Source: Naegleria gruberi | Taxonomy: Eukaryota | DNA length: 64,000 bases | Assembly: GCA_000004985.1 (NCBI GenBank) | Contig: GG738853.1 | Strand: one strand, 5' to 3' | Part shown: positions 1-11,083 of the stretch, piece by piece | Layout: every line of letters begins with the position of its first letter | Numbering within the stretch: position 1 is the stretch's first letter | The notes under the pieces: generated by a model | Database searches by the model: none | Seen by the model: only the letters and a program-made list of their open reading frames with translations | Told to the model about the DNA's origin: nothing | Translations under genes and position numbers: made by a program

Positions 1-104
1 AAAATAAACTTGAAACTATTTCGAATGTCTTAATGATGTAACCCCACTTGACCTAAATAGATAATTCAATACTGTGATTTTTCTTTTTACAACCAGAAAA
101 AAAA

Positions 105-1691
105 ATGCTTAGCCAAGAAGACCTCAACTCTGTTAATACTTTGAATGACGACTATGAAAAGCGCAGACTCAGCAAGGATCGGATTAAAAAACAAGCTCGG
201 AAGGCTCTAATTGATCATCAAAGATTGAAACATTTCAAAACAAAAAATTTCTTGCTGAGAAGAGTGGTTCTTCCTTTTTCTGAAATTGAAATTGAAAGAT
301 TAGCAATATATATGAATATGGAATTTAATAATTATGAAACAATTTTTGAAAGTGTAAAAATGATTAGATTGTTTTCGGCTGGAACAGATTTGCACTTTTC
401 ATGGATTGTTAAAGCTGGAATTACAAAGTATCTTGTTGATTTTCTTGATGTGAAATATGTCTCAAGGTATTTCAATATTCAAAGCGATGAGAATTTTCAT
501 ATTGATGATTCCTCAATAACAAATAGAATAAGCACAGCACAGTTATTGGCACTTCAATATGAATCTGTGAGGTCTCTTACTAATATAGGCCGCAGAACAA
601 TAGAGTATGTTCAACATATTGTAGACCTAGGATGTGTTCCAAAATTGATTATGCTCGTTAATGCTTGTAATGATTCTGAAATGCAATATCAGTCCATTTT
701 GGCATTAGATAACATTAATCAAAATAGTCACGAAATAATAGAGTTCAGAGATACATTGCTAAGTCATGGCTATTTGGACATACTTATCAATTTTATTAAT
801 TCAAACAATAATCAATTGGAGCGAATTCGAAATGGTATGTGTTTAAAATTTATTATATTCATTAATTTTTGCAGTAACATACTCAATTTCTATTTTATTA
901 TCGAGAAATTACACCACAGCACCTGTACAATATTTTGAAAAGGCAATCCCAATACTTTCCAAAATGCTCCATCAATCTGAGATATCTGATGGTTTTCTTT
1001 GGGATTTTTCCTTACTAACAGATGTAGAACCTGCAATTAATCAATTGGTTATTACATCCGATACCATTTCAAAATTGGTGGCACTCCTCTCCGACAGCTC
1101 TATACATAACCAAATGTAAGTATCACATAGATTCTTTCTACTCATCAATAGTAATACAGACCTGCTTCTCGTACTATTTCAAATATTTGTACAGATAATA
1201 CTATTCAAACAGAAATTGCCTTAAATAGTGGATTATTGGAAAAGGTATCCATTTTCCTTACGAGTGAAAACAATTTACTCATAAGAGAAGCATTCTATAT
1301 ACTTTCAAGTATACCTGCAGAACAAATCGAGGGGGTGGTAGTGAATTCTAAAATAACGCCTCTTTTTTTGGAAACGTCAAAATTTAATGATAATCTCTTT
1401 GTCAAACCTGGGCTGTTTTCTTTCATAGAGACTCTGTGCTGCCGTGGCAACCATAAAATTATTAATCATCTAATCAATCTCAATGTAATTGAAATATTAC
1501 ACTCTGGATTGTGTGATGAATTTCTTAGAGTATGTTTAGAAACCCTTTCCAATATTTTACAAGTTGAAGAGTGCAAAGAAAGGGCCATTCAAGAGATGAA
1601 ACATTTGAACACTTTTGAAAAGATCAAATCAGAGATTCAAAATGCAGACCTTACAAAATCCATTGGTGCTACATTGGCTTCCTTACTTTAA
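105..1691 (+). CDS. Importin-alpha-like armadillo-repeat protein (3 exons: ~105..834, ~875..1115, ~1196..1691)
   Basis: Seen: the ORF 105..938 translation carries ARM-repeat signatures typical of importin-alpha (VRSLTNIGRRTIEYVQHIVDLGCVPKLIMLVNACNDSEMQYQSILALDNI). A GTATGT..TTTTGCAG intron at 835..874 and a GTAAGT..TACAG intron at 1116..~1194 join three open frames (FLWDFSLLTDVEPAINQLVITSD..; ..EAFYILSSIPAEQIEGVV..). The basic N-terminus (KRRLSKDRIKKQARKA) is IBB-like. I could not resolve the exact exon 3 acceptor phase. Confidence 0.55.
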
Positions 1692-1850
1692 ACGTTGTTC
1701 ACTTTTATTAATAACTGGTTTTGTTTATTTACCAATATTCTTGGAATAAGGTAATGAATGGTTGAATGAATCTAACTGAAATAAACATTCTAATAATCTG
1801 AAACTTTCAAGGTTGACTCTATTGGTAAGCCTTAATTTAAGAAAGTGAAT

Positions 1851-1968
1851 GGCTACGGCCATATCACGATGAATGCACCTCATCCCGTCCGATTTGAGAA
1901 GTTAAGCATCGTCGAGCCACATCAGTACTGAGGTTGGAGACAACTTGGGAACCTGTGGTGCTGTAGTC
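1851..1968 (+). rRNA. 5S ribosomal RNA gene (118 nt)
   Basis: Seen: GGCTACGGCCATATCACGATGAATGCACCTCATCCCGTCCGATTTGAGAAGTTAAGCATCGTCGAGCCACATCAGTACTGAGGTTGGAGACAACTTGGGAACCTGTGGTGCTGTAGTC. It contains the conserved 5S blocks CATCCCGTCCGAT, GAAGTTAAGC and GGGAA..GGTGCTGTAG. Helix I pairs 5' GGCTACGG with 3' CTGTAGTC. A T8 run follows immediately. Confidence 0.85.
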
Positions 1969-1976
1969 TTTTTTTG
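1969..1976 (+). terminator. RNA polymerase III oligo-T terminator of the 5S gene
   Basis: Seen: a run of eight T directly after the 3' end of the 5S gene. Pol III terminates on T4 or longer (established knowledge). Confidence 0.6.
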
Positions 1977-2395
1977 GTGAAAAATATCAATTCCTTCTTG
2001 AAAATCTGACCTCTCTGAGGGGAACGGCACTTGTTCACACTAAATTTAAAATATTAAAATTTTTACAATTTTTTTTTGGTCAACCAAGATAATTTACTTC
2101 TTAACTCTAAATATTTTTTGTTACAAACTCCTTCTCCACTCAATACCCTTCCTTAAAATGTAAATAAAATATTTTCAAATTTTTTTTTTTTTTTTTAAAA
2201 TGAAATATTTTCTAGCTCTCTAATTTTAATCGTTGCCTTCCCTATCGATCACTACTTCACTATTTAATAAGGTTATAGCACCTACCTACCAAACAAACTA
2301 TGGAGATTCCGAAAATCAAGTCATTTTTGAAAAATTCATTGAATTTACAGATTTATTTTTACAGAGCTCGACAGTTGACTATACAAAGTGCCAAT

Positions 2396-3529
2396 TTAGA
2401 AACACTTTCTGTGAACGATACCTGGGCCGGCATCCTCATATTCTTCCTTCGTTATCCACATCTGTTGGAATGTTGAAAGTGAGGCTAAAATACTGCCTCC
2501 AATCCAGACTGAGTACTTTCTTTCTGGTGGAGCAACAACCTTAATCTTCATTGAGGCAGGAGCCATAGCAGTCAATTCCTTGGTCATTCTTTCAGCAATA
2601 CCTTCGAACATGGTAGTACCACCAGATAAGACAACGTTACCGTACAAGTCCTTTCTGATGTCAATGTCACATTTACCAATTGAGTTGAAAGTAGTTTCAT
2701 GAACACCAGCAGCTTCCATACCAATGAAATTAGGTTGGAACAAGACTTCTGGACATCTGAATCTTTCATTACCAACAGTGATAACATTACCGTCTGGCAA
2801 TTCATATGACTTTTCAACTGAGGATGATTCAGCAGCAACCTTCATTTCAGCTTCAAAGTCCAAAGCAATATAACAGAGCTTTTCCTTAATATCTCTGACA
2901 ATTTCTCTTTCAGCAGTAGTGTTGAATGAGTAACCTCTTTCCATCAAAATCTTCATCAAGTAATCAGTCAAGTCACGACCAGCCAAATCCAATCTCAAGA
3001 TGGCATGTGGCAAGGCATAACCTTCATAAATTGGAACAGTGTGAGAAACACCATCACCAGAGTCCAAAACAATACCAGTAGTTCTACCAGAAGCATACAA
3101 GGACAAGACAGCTTGAATAGCAACATACATTGCTGGAACTGAGAAGGTTTCAAACATGATTTGAGTCATCTTTTCTCTATTGGCCTTTGGATTCAAAGGA
3201 GCTTCAGTCAACAAGACTGGATGTTCTTCTGGAGCAACTCTCAATTCATTGTAGAAAGTGTGATGCCAGATCTTTTCCATATCATCCCAATTGGTAACAA
3301 TACCATGTTCAATTGGATACTTCAAAGTCAAGATACCTCTCTTTGATTGAGCTTCATCACCAACATAGGCATCCTTGTTACCCATACCAACCATGATGGA
3401 CTTTTGCTTTGGTCTACCAATAATTGAAGGGAAGACAGCTCTTGGAGCATCATCACCAGCAAAACCAGCTTTACACATACCAGAACCGTTGTCAACAACG
3501 AGGGCTTGAACGTCTTCACAGAAGGACAT
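2396..3529 (-). CDS. Actin (single exon, 377 aa, strongly codon-biased)
   Basis: Seen: the translation [36 protein letters not shown]...[40 protein letters not shown] is unmistakably actin. Codon usage is biased to GGT/TCT/ACC/TTC, unlike neighbouring genes, which fits high expression. The N-terminus MSFCED and the [12 protein letters not shown] segment diverge slightly from conventional actins. Confidence 0.95.
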
Positions 3530-3922
3530 GTTTTCGAATAGATTGATTTTTTTTTATGAAGAATAGGATAGATGAGATCGGAAAGGTATTTATACAGTTT
3601 GAGTTTGATGGGTTAAAAATGATGATTTATGTCAAGTTGACAAGATTGATGTGTGAAGTTGATGGACTTATTACAGTTTACATGGCATCATACTGTGTCA
3701 TCAAGTGACTATGAAGAAAGAACATTTTAACACAACATCGCTCATTATTGTTAATCATTCTAATGGAATTAGATTACAATATAAATTATTAACTTGATCA
3801 AATTTTACTGGATTTTTCAATTCCTTCCCTTCAATAAAGAATGGCCATTCTCAGCTCGAAATAATTGTTGTAAAAGAACGTATTACCAGCAAAATGTGGA
3901 AATCAAAAAACTTAAAAAAAAA

Positions 3923-6900
3923 ATGACTGAAAATCTGCACAACACACCTAGCCTCGATCAAGAACAAGGTGATGGAGAAAATCAAATAAATCCTCTCAAG
4001 AGAAAGGCTATCTCGAGGGATGATGATGCTTCTGAGCATGAACAACAACAACAATTAGAAAGGATTCCGAAAAGGTTGAAAAATTATTTTCAAACACGGA
4101 AGGAAGAAATTGAGTACGATGATCGTATAGAGGAGGTTGATTTTTCTTCAAGCCTCTCTAAAGGAACTGAAATTATTAAAACTTGGCACGTGAGAAAGGC
4201 TAGAAATCTCTTGTTAGAACTTGTACAAATAGAGGTCGGAGGAGTTGTACCCAATAGTATTAAAGATGTCCTTGATGATGTATTGAAGAGAAGGGAAGAG
4301 ATTGAATCTCTTTCACTTTATCTTGCTGAGAGGATGGTGATTAAAATCCAGGTCCATTCGACAGATTTTATCAATGATTTGTTGGAGAGTAATAGAATCA
4401 TTTGTCCTGCCAATGAAATTTCACAGGCAAAAATAATGTTTGGAGATGAAAGTGAAGAGACTCTTAGAGAAAATCTTCACAACTGGAAAAAGTACACATT
4501 ACCAAACTTGGTTGAAATTCAAAAACAACTCAATTTAGCCGATGATAATGAACAAGAAGGATTACAAAACCTAGACGAAAATGAAAAGCAAGTAATGAAA
4601 AATTTAATGGAATACGAGGAAATTACCCACGACGACGATTTTGCCTATCATTTGGATAGAAATCACAATCCTTTAGGATATAATTACAATGAAGACGAAA
4701 GACTGGAGCGTTTAAACAGCCTTGACGAAACAGAAATCAAGGAGGTGCATGAAAAGTCTCAATGGAACAATGCCTCTAACACTGAACCAGTTTTCGTTCA
4801 TTTCGACAAGGAATCCAAAGAATATGTTTACACCACACAAGAACTTGAAGAATATGATGGCTTTGTGAATGATGAGGCCTTTTATTTCAAATATCTATTC
4901 GATGAAATGTTGCCCGATGAATCACAAACGAAATATACTGAAAGCCCTTTTGCCGATATGAAATTTTCCCTGGAGCCAAAATATCACAATCCATTCCTTT
5001 TTATTCTTGAAACAACAATGACCATGTTTGAAAAGAATCAGACACCACAAGAACATCACTCGCTTGAGGTTTCTTATTTGAGATTGGCTACTTCCTTATT
5101 TATTTTGAATTGTATTAATACCGAGCTTGTGTATCTTTTAAACCGAGTTTCCAAGAAATCTTATGAATTAATGGCCAGAGCGACAGTGAGAGGAGTAATA
5201 GACTCTTTTATTGATAATAGAAATTTCTCATGCTTTAGAATGGATCACGATATTTACACTTACAGTGTCGTTACTGCAAAAGAGAATGAAATGGTGAAGG
5301 AAATTGAGGAAGATTTAAATTATGTATTGAATGGAGACGATTCTACTCTGAGAGATGATGAAAGTGACAATGAAACCAATGAAACAATTGGTACAATCAT
5401 CAACTCTGAAGAGAAAGATAAGGAAAATGTGGAGCCAACCTTTAATGAAGGTGAAAATGATGCAAACGAAGAGCCAATGTTGAATGAAGACGATGACCAT
5501 GAAGATAATGAAGATGATGAAGATGATAATGAAGGAGACGAAGAAGAAAAAGAAGAAAAAGAGAATCAAGACGAAGAAGATGAAGGATATCTTTCCATGG
5601 ATACAGATACTGATACCGACAGTGATATTGAAAACGATAACTATATGGTTGGGCATCCCTTGTGGGATAACCCTATGGAAATATCCCAGTTCGATATTGA
5701 AGAAATGAACCATTACAAGAGAAAAATGATAGACCCAGTAGCAAAATCTCTTTCGAGCACTTTTGAGTTTCTTAAAAGTGATCACACAGAGACAGAAGAG
5801 GAACTAACCTTGAATGAAGACGGTGAAGAGGACCTCTATGAGGAGAGAAACGTTAGAGAACCTATTGTCAACCAAGAATTGGTGACACAATATTATTCTG
5901 ATGATGGACACTTTGTGAACGATGATAACGCAGAAAATGATGTTTGGGGATCAATGACAATTGCCATTCCATGCGCTGAACACATATTAGATTTTGAAAT
6001 TAGTATGGAATCACAACTTCCAACTAGCAATAGCATTTATCGTGATTTGACCAGATTGATGAGAAGAGGTTCAGTTATGCATGCAGATTCAGGTGCCTAC
6101 TTTGAATCGTTCTTACAACTCAAAGAATATATTCAAGGTGTGGTTGAATGGATTTCCTTGAAAAATACAGAAAAAACTGTCACTGAGGAGGACATGTTGA
6201 ATGCCTTAAAGTTTGTACATAGACCCCATTTCACAGGCGGTCATGGTTCATATGATTTTGAAACTCCTTGTGAGTATGTTAAATGTGAATTTAAATTTGA
6301 TACAAAACCGCAATTCCCTCCAGAAAGTCTAACTGATGTGCAAGTTGAAAGACAATTTTTCTATAATGCACAACCAATAGAGAAAAGGGAAATATTGGTA
6401 GATGAAAGATTTGAAAATAATGATCCTCTTACCGATAACAACCATCTAGCTGATTGTATTTGCCATTTTTTAGGAGACATGTCAGAAATTCCAGGATCTA
6501 ATATCGTTTGTGACACATTTATAGAATTTGAAGATGGAAGAAAATTGGGACTTTATTCACCTCTTATCAAAATAAGATGTCCTATTTTTTTTAATGATTT
6601 TATGAGTGATTCAAAGCAAGGTATTTCCGTACAAACTATTAAGGAGAAATTGCCTCGTGTTAATTTTGATAATCTTTATGAATTTTTTGAATATGTTTAT
6701 CGAGGGGTCACAGATTTAGAAGATCTTGAGGGATCACTACTTGACAGTTATGTTCATGCAATTGAAGCTATGTTTAGAATTGAAGATGGAGAAATGTCGA
6801 AAGATACCACTATTCTGTACAATGATTCGTTCAATTCCTGTTCTACTTTATACAAATTGTGGAAAGATGATAGTACAAAAGATTTTACACTCTTCTTCAG

Positions 6901-7903
6901 AAATGATGGAGATGAGAAGGTTGAAATCAAAGTTCACAAATTTATTCTAGCTTCAAGAATTGAGTTTTTCAGAAAGATTATTATTGAAAACCCTGATTTA
7001 ACATGCTATGATCTTTCAGAAGTGGTTAAGAAAGAGTTGGTATTGGAAAGATTTGGTTTTTATCTCTACTATAATGATCTAAAACTTCAAACAGATAGGT
7101 ATGTTGAAAGCAAAATGGAAGAAGATTTGGAAGGGGTTGAAGAAAATAGCGAAAATGAAGACAAAGAAATGAGTGAAAGTGAGAATTCATCCTCCTTACA
7201 GAGCAAACAAAATGAAGAAAAGGAACCAAGTGAAAATGACGAGAACAATGAAATGATAAAATCTCCAGAAAATTCTGAGAATACTGCCGAAGAGAATGAA
7301 GAGGTTGACGAAATTGAAGATGAGGAAGAACTTACTTTTGATGAGTTTGTAGAACTTTTCAAACTGGCTCACAAATTTAAGGAAAATAATTTATCAAAGA
7401 TTGCTTCTAGAAGTATTACTCATGAAATCAATTATACTAATATTGTAGATTTCCTTACTTTATCCATCGATTGTGAATCCTATGATTTATTCAAAGCATG
7501 TGAATTCATTTTACTTTCCTCTGATAAGGAGCTAGTTGAGCAAGTAACAGAGCTTGAAGATGAGAGAGAATATTTCAATACTTTGAGAGGACCTATTGAT
7601 GAATCGAATGTTATAGAAAAATTGTCCTATGTGATGAGAATTTTGAATGCCCCAAGTTGTGATTTGGACTTTTTATTCATTTATAGTCTTGATGAATTCC
7701 ACAAGAGAAACCTTATTTGGTACATTGTTAGAAATATTTCATATTTGAATACAAAGGTTATCCAATCTCTCCAATTCATTCGAGTAGATGATAAGACAAA
7801 TTGTGCTCAACTGGTTCAATCTTTAGCCAGAAGATACCACTCCTCTCTCGATTCTTTCACTAACATTCCAACAACAGGAGAATCTTTCCAACAAGACGAA
7901 TAA
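3923..7903 (+). CDS. Large acidic BTB/POZ-domain protein (~1326 aa from first ATG)
   Basis: Seen: a long ORF (tool start 3794 is TTG; first in-frame ATG is 3923). A BTB-like segment DFTLFFRNDGDEKVEIKVHKFILASRIEFFRKIIIENPDLTCYDLSE lies near aa 1050. There are two long Asp/Glu-rich tracts (nt ~5440-5640 and ~7130-7330). Confidence 0.55.
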   Translation: MTENLHNTPSLDQEQGDGENQINPLKRKAISRDDDASEHEQQQQLERIPKRLKNYFQTRKEEIEYDDRIEEVDFSSSLSKGTEIIKTWHVRKARNLLLELVQIEVGGVVPNSIKDVLDDVLKRREEIESLSLYLAERMVIKIQVHSTDFINDLLESNRIICPANEISQAKIMFGDESEETLRENLHNWKKYTLPNLVEIQKQLNLADDNEQEGLQNLDENEKQVMKNLMEYEEITHDDDFAYHLDRNHNPLGYNYNEDERLERLNSLDETEIKEVHEKSQWNNASNTEPVFVHFDKESKEYVYTTQELEEYDGFVNDEAFYFKYLFDEMLPDESQTKYTESPFADMKFSLEPKYHNPFLFILETTMTMFEKNQTPQEHHSLEVSYLRLATSLFILNCINTELVYLLNRVSKKSYELMARATVRGVIDSFIDNRNFSCFRMDHDIYTYSVVTAKENEMVKEIEEDLNYVLNGDDSTLRDDESDNETNETIGTIINSEEKDKENVEPTFNEGENDANEEPMLNEDDDHEDNEDDEDDNEGDEEEKEEKENQDEEDEGYLSMDTDTDTDSDIENDNYMVGHPLWDNPMEISQFDIEEMNHYKRKMIDPVAKSLSSTFEFLKSDHTETEEELTLNEDGEEDLYEERNVREPIVNQELVTQYYSDDGHFVNDDNAENDVWGSMTIAIPCAEHILDFEISMESQLPTSNSIYRDLTRLMRRGSVMHADSGAYFESFLQLKEYIQGVVEWISLKNTEKTVTEEDMLNALKFVHRPHFTGGHGSYDFETPCEYVKCEFKFDTKPQFPPESLTDVQVERQFFYNAQPIEKREILVDERFENNDPLTDNNHLADCICHFLGDMSEIPGSNIVCDTFIEFEDGRKLGLYSPLIKIRCPIFFNDFMSDSKQGISVQTIKEKLPRVNFDNLYEFFEYVYRGVTDLEDLEGSLLDSYVHAIEAMFRIEDGEMSKDTTILYNDSFNSCSTLYKLWKDDSTKDFTLFFRNDGDEKVEIKVHKFILASRIEFFRKIIIENPDLTCYDLSEVVKKELVLERFGFYLYYNDLKLQTDRYVESKMEEDLEGVEENSENEDKEMSESENSSSLQSKQNEEKEPSENDENNEMIKSPENSENTAEENEEVDEIEDEEELTFDEFVELFKLAHKFKENNLSKIASRSITHEINYTNIVDFLTLSIDCESYDLFKACEFILLSSDKELVEQVTELEDEREYFNTLRGPIDESNVIEKLSYVMRILNAPSCDLDFLFIYSLDEFHKRNLIWYIVRNISYLNTKVIQSLQFIRVDDKTNCAQLVQSLARRYHSSLDSFTNIPTTGESFQQDE

Positions 7904-7964
7904 TTTATTGTTAGTCAACCAATAAATAATCCAACAAGATCCTAGGAGTTCTCAACTTGAAAAA

Positions 7965-8438
7965 ATGCAACAACAACAAGGAAATAAACCTTCACCTAAT
8001 CGACATGTTGTGGAATCATCGTGTGATTTGGAGACGGGAGCTGATGAAACACTCTTTACCTTCAGGAGTGACAAGGCTGAGAAGAATAAACTCAGAGCCT
8101 TCATCAAGTCTTCCAACAATGATGAAGAGGAGAGAATGAAATATTTAGATGATGATCGGGTAGGATTTGATGATGAGAGTACGCTCACCGATGATTCATC
8201 AAGACTCATAACACCAATTACTATGGGTAATAAACAATCGTATGGAGGAATTGGAGATCAACAGCATCAACAACAACAACAACAGGATAATGTTACAGTG
8301 ATTTCCTATGTGGCAAAGCCTAATCTAGGAGGAAGGAGGAGATTTCTTCACAGGAGAACACTTAGTAATAATACAACATCGAGAAGTATCAAGAGCAATA
8401 ATAATATTGGTGCTGGCATAATAATAATAATACAGTGA
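7965..8438 (+). CDS. Hypothetical Gln/Ser-rich protein, possibly the 5' part of the next ORF
   Basis: Seen: an ATG-initiated 157-aa ORF that ends in a TGA embedded in an (ATA)n/(ATG)n microsatellite. The next ORF starts at the overlapping ATG 8438 in another frame. Confidence 0.3.
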   Translation: MQQQQGNKPSPNRHVVESSCDLETGADETLFTFRSDKAEKNKLRAFIKSSNNDEEERMKYLDDDRVGFDDESTLTDDSSRLITPITMGNKQSYGGIGDQQHQQQQQQDNVTVISYVAKPNLGGRRRFLHRRTLSNNTTSRSIKSNNNIGAGIIIIIQ

Positions 8439-9112
8439 TGATGAAGGAACCACCAGTGTTGAATGTAAATAGTGGTGGTGCTGGTAATGGTACAAATATG
8501 CAATTAATGATTCACAAAAATCGAAAGAGGAGATGGCAGTACATGTGTATTGCAGCATCAATAATGGCATTCTTAATTTCCTTACTTATTTCTATTACAA
8601 TAGTTATATTTTATGTTTTTAGATCGCCATATGTATATATTGACCAATTGTCAATTACCAAATTACCGACCGCAAGTTTCAGAACAGACACTGATAGCCC
8701 ACATGCTATTTTAGGATTTAATTTGAATTTTATTATTTATAATATGAATATTCAAGATTCACTACTTACCGATATTTGCATTGAAAAGATTTCTATCAAG
8801 GATATTGTAGCTCAAACATCATATGATTTAATATCAACCCCATTTGATTGGAATTATGAAAATAATGGAACTAGTTTGAATTTGAGAGGTTGGAGAGAAA
8901 CATCATATACTTTACCAATTTCAATTGATTTCACACAACAGGCACTTTCACCAGCAGTCATCAAGACAATTTCTGATTTAATATTCAGTAGTCTTCAGTC
9001 AAATCACTCTGTCAAGTGGATTATCAAAGGAACTGCTAGAGTTAAGGTTGGAAATTTAATTTATAGAGTGATTGACTTGTCTAAAAATCAACAATACTTT
9101 TCATCAACTTAG
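8438..9112 (+). CDS. LEA-2 / NDR1-HIN1-like single-pass membrane protein
   Basis: Seen: a basic stretch RKRRWQY is followed by one TM helix (MCIAASIMAFLISLLISITIVIFYVF) and then a ~150-aa beta-rich domain. This layout is typical of the LEA14/Hin1 water-stress family. The assignment rests on architecture only. Confidence 0.4.
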   Translation: MMKEPPVLNVNSGGAGNGTNMQLMIHKNRKRRWQYMCIAASIMAFLISLLISITIVIFYVFRSPYVYIDQLSITKLPTASFRTDTDSPHAILGFNLNFIIYNMNIQDSLLTDICIEKISIKDIVAQTSYDLISTPFDWNYENNGTSLNLRGWRETSYTLPISIDFTQQALSPAVIKTISDLIFSSLQSNHSVKWIIKGTARVKVGNLIYRVIDLSKNQQYFSST

Positions 9113-9127
9113 GAGTTTCAATACTGT

Positions 9128-9565
9128 TCAATCTTTATTTACTTTAACAATGAGATTGGCAGGTTTTTTAGCATATAATTGTTTCCATTTAGCCCAACCA
9201 CCTTCCAGATATTTCACTTTCAGAAGAGAAGATTCTGAATCAGTACTAGTACCAGCAGCATCATTGATAGTATCAGCAAATAGCTTGGCAGCAGCTGGTC
9301 CTCTAATCGTACAATAAAAACAATGGAAGATTACAGTATCAATCTTAACTTGTCTCGATTGATTGGCAAACACAATTTCCTTCAACAAATTACTAGCTTT
9401 ATCCTTGTTAAAATATGGAACATTCCTCGATCCGACAATTGATTCTCCCTTGTGATCCACATCTCGAACATCTATTATCATAAAACTCGATGATTTTCCA
9501 TCCAGAATATCTTTCGCCAATTCTTGTGCTTGAATAATTTCCACCGTCGTGTTATCTTGTGACAT
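9128..9565 (-). CDS. Rhodanese-fold Cdc25/Acr2-like phosphatase or arsenate reductase
   Basis: Seen: IIDVRDVDHKGESIVGSRNVPY...VIFHCFYCTIRGP carries the HC(X5)R active-site loop (C-FYCTI-R). Overall it resembles plant CDC25/ACR2 and yeast Acr2. Confidence 0.7.
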   Translation of the reverse strand: MSQDNTTVEIIQAQELAKDILDGKSSSFMIIDVRDVDHKGESIVGSRNVPYFNKDKASNLLKEIVFANQSRQVKIDTVIFHCFYCTIRGPAAAKLFADTINDAAGTSTDSESSLLKVKYLEGGWAKWKQLYAKKPANLIVKVNKD

Positions 9566-9780
9566 TTTTTCTATTTTTTTGAATTTGAACCTTTTTCAAA
9601 TGTATAATTAAAAATTATATCATATTGTTCAAATTCGAGTTAGATCCATAAATTGTAATTGAACTGTAAAATTTTTAACACAATTCATTGTTCCCATAAG
9701 AAGCAAAACCCGCAAAACGGAATGTCTGTTCCACTGTTGTAAACAAGAAAAAGCCACAACGTCCCCATAAAAAAAATAGA

Positions 9781-10929
9781 ATGTTGCCAACAACGAGCGA
9801 TTTAGATGACTTTTTCAACAGTTTCCCTACACCGGTTCAGCTTGTGGAGAAGGAACGAATTACCTTTTGCAATATTTTAGATGATATTCCTGCAGAGAAG
9901 AAACCAACAAGTCCTCCGAAGAGAGACAAGGACATGGCAACCTTTATTCAGGATATCTATGAAGACATCATCATGAAGACGAATTTGGTTGAGACTGAAG
10001 AATTTGAGAATGATCAAAATAGAGTGTCTTTGAGAAGAAGAAAACTTGCCTTGTCTAAAAAAAGTGGAATTTCACAATATGGAGACATTGATAATTTGGA
10101 AATATTCTTGTTTGGTGTTGATGAGAGTCAAAAAGACAAAGTTTGTAAGATTATTGGAGATACAGATATTAAGAAATCTTCTGGCTCCTTGGACATTAAG
10201 AGTTGCAAGACAATTCATAGTGTGATGAAGAAGTGTGAAAAATGTCGATTGATTTTATGGATTTGTACGAAAGATAACAAGGAAATATTGCAGTTATTGG
10301 TTTGTACAAAGGTTTATCCAGTTACCAATGAAAAGCTTGATCCCTCTGAATCCAGAAAGAAAGTAAAGCGCAATAGTCAACCAGGAGAAGCTTCATCTTC
10401 TGGAATAGACGCAGCCAGTACTGATTTGGTGTCTCAACTTGACCTTGCTTTTGCAAATAATTCAAACACTAATAGCTTGCAATCAGCAAGCACAACCATT
10501 CAAAATAATCCTATTCCACATGAAAATAGTCAACCTCTTTCTCAGCCAAAGGTAGTATATAAATCCCGCCCAGCTGAACTTGCCCAAATGTCTCAAGAAG
10601 ATCTCATAGCCAAAATTATTCGATTGGAAGGCATAATAGAAGACAGAGACAATACCGTTGCTTCTACCCATCAACATTACAATGTTAAAATTTCTGAAAT
10701 GGCTCTTGCTCACTTTAACAATATCCAAGAACTGTTCCAACAGATCAATCGTCTTAATAAGGAAAATTGCGATCTCAAATGTACTTTGAATCCACAAGAT
10801 ACAATTGCACACAAGCAACTTTACATTGAACAATTCGAAGATGCAAAAGAAGTGGTCAATCACCAAGAAAATTTAGATTTGTTTGATGGTGAAACTTCTG
10901 ATGACGTTTATAATAACCTTTTCAACTAG
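9781..10929 (+). CDS. Hypothetical protein with C-terminal coiled coil
   Basis: Seen: a 382-aa ATG ORF with no recognised catalytic motif. The C-terminal third has a heptad-like pattern (EDLIAKIIRLEGIIEDRDNTVAS..IQELFQQINRLNKENCDLK). Confidence 0.45.
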   Translation: MLPTTSDLDDFFNSFPTPVQLVEKERITFCNILDDIPAEKKPTSPPKRDKDMATFIQDIYEDIIMKTNLVETEEFENDQNRVSLRRRKLALSKKSGISQYGDIDNLEIFLFGVDESQKDKVCKIIGDTDIKKSSGSLDIKSCKTIHSVMKKCEKCRLILWICTKDNKEILQLLVCTKVYPVTNEKLDPSESRKKVKRNSQPGEASSSGIDAASTDLVSQLDLAFANNSNTNSLQSASTTIQNNPIPHENSQPLSQPKVVYKSRPAELAQMSQEDLIAKIIRLEGIIEDRDNTVASTHQHYNVKISEMALAHFNNIQELFQQINRLNKENCDLKCTLNPQDTIAHKQLYIEQFEDAKEVVNHQENLDLFDGETSDDVYNNLFN

Positions 10930-11083
10930 TAAAACTTACTTCAAAAATTGAGTTTAATGTGTTATAAATTTATTTCCCTTACCTACTTGTTTCTGGCCAC
11001 ACAGGTAGACATAATCGTTTCTGGTTTTAATGCTACAGAACCCAATCTTTGGCATAATAGAAAATCTCCTAAATAAATTAGAT

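Noticed and set aside
2233-2544. 103-aa plus-strand ORF overlapping the 3' end of actin
   Set aside because: It is antisense to a highly conserved, codon-biased actin CDS. It has no motif, so it is a typical shadow ORF.
3794-3922. N-terminal extensions of ORFs that the track begins at TTG/GTG/CTG (e.g. 3794, 18345, 26800, 46118, 54382, 56811, 31005, 13895)
   Set aside because: The ORF tool allows non-ATG starts. In each case an in-frame ATG lies a few codons downstream and is the more plausible eukaryotic initiation site.
5315-7362. Minus-strand ORFs 5315..5785 and 7087..7362 (poly-F/I and poly-S translations)
   Set aside because: They are antisense to the GAA/GAT-rich acidic tracts of the BTB gene. 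Low-complexity mirror ORFs are a compositional artefact.
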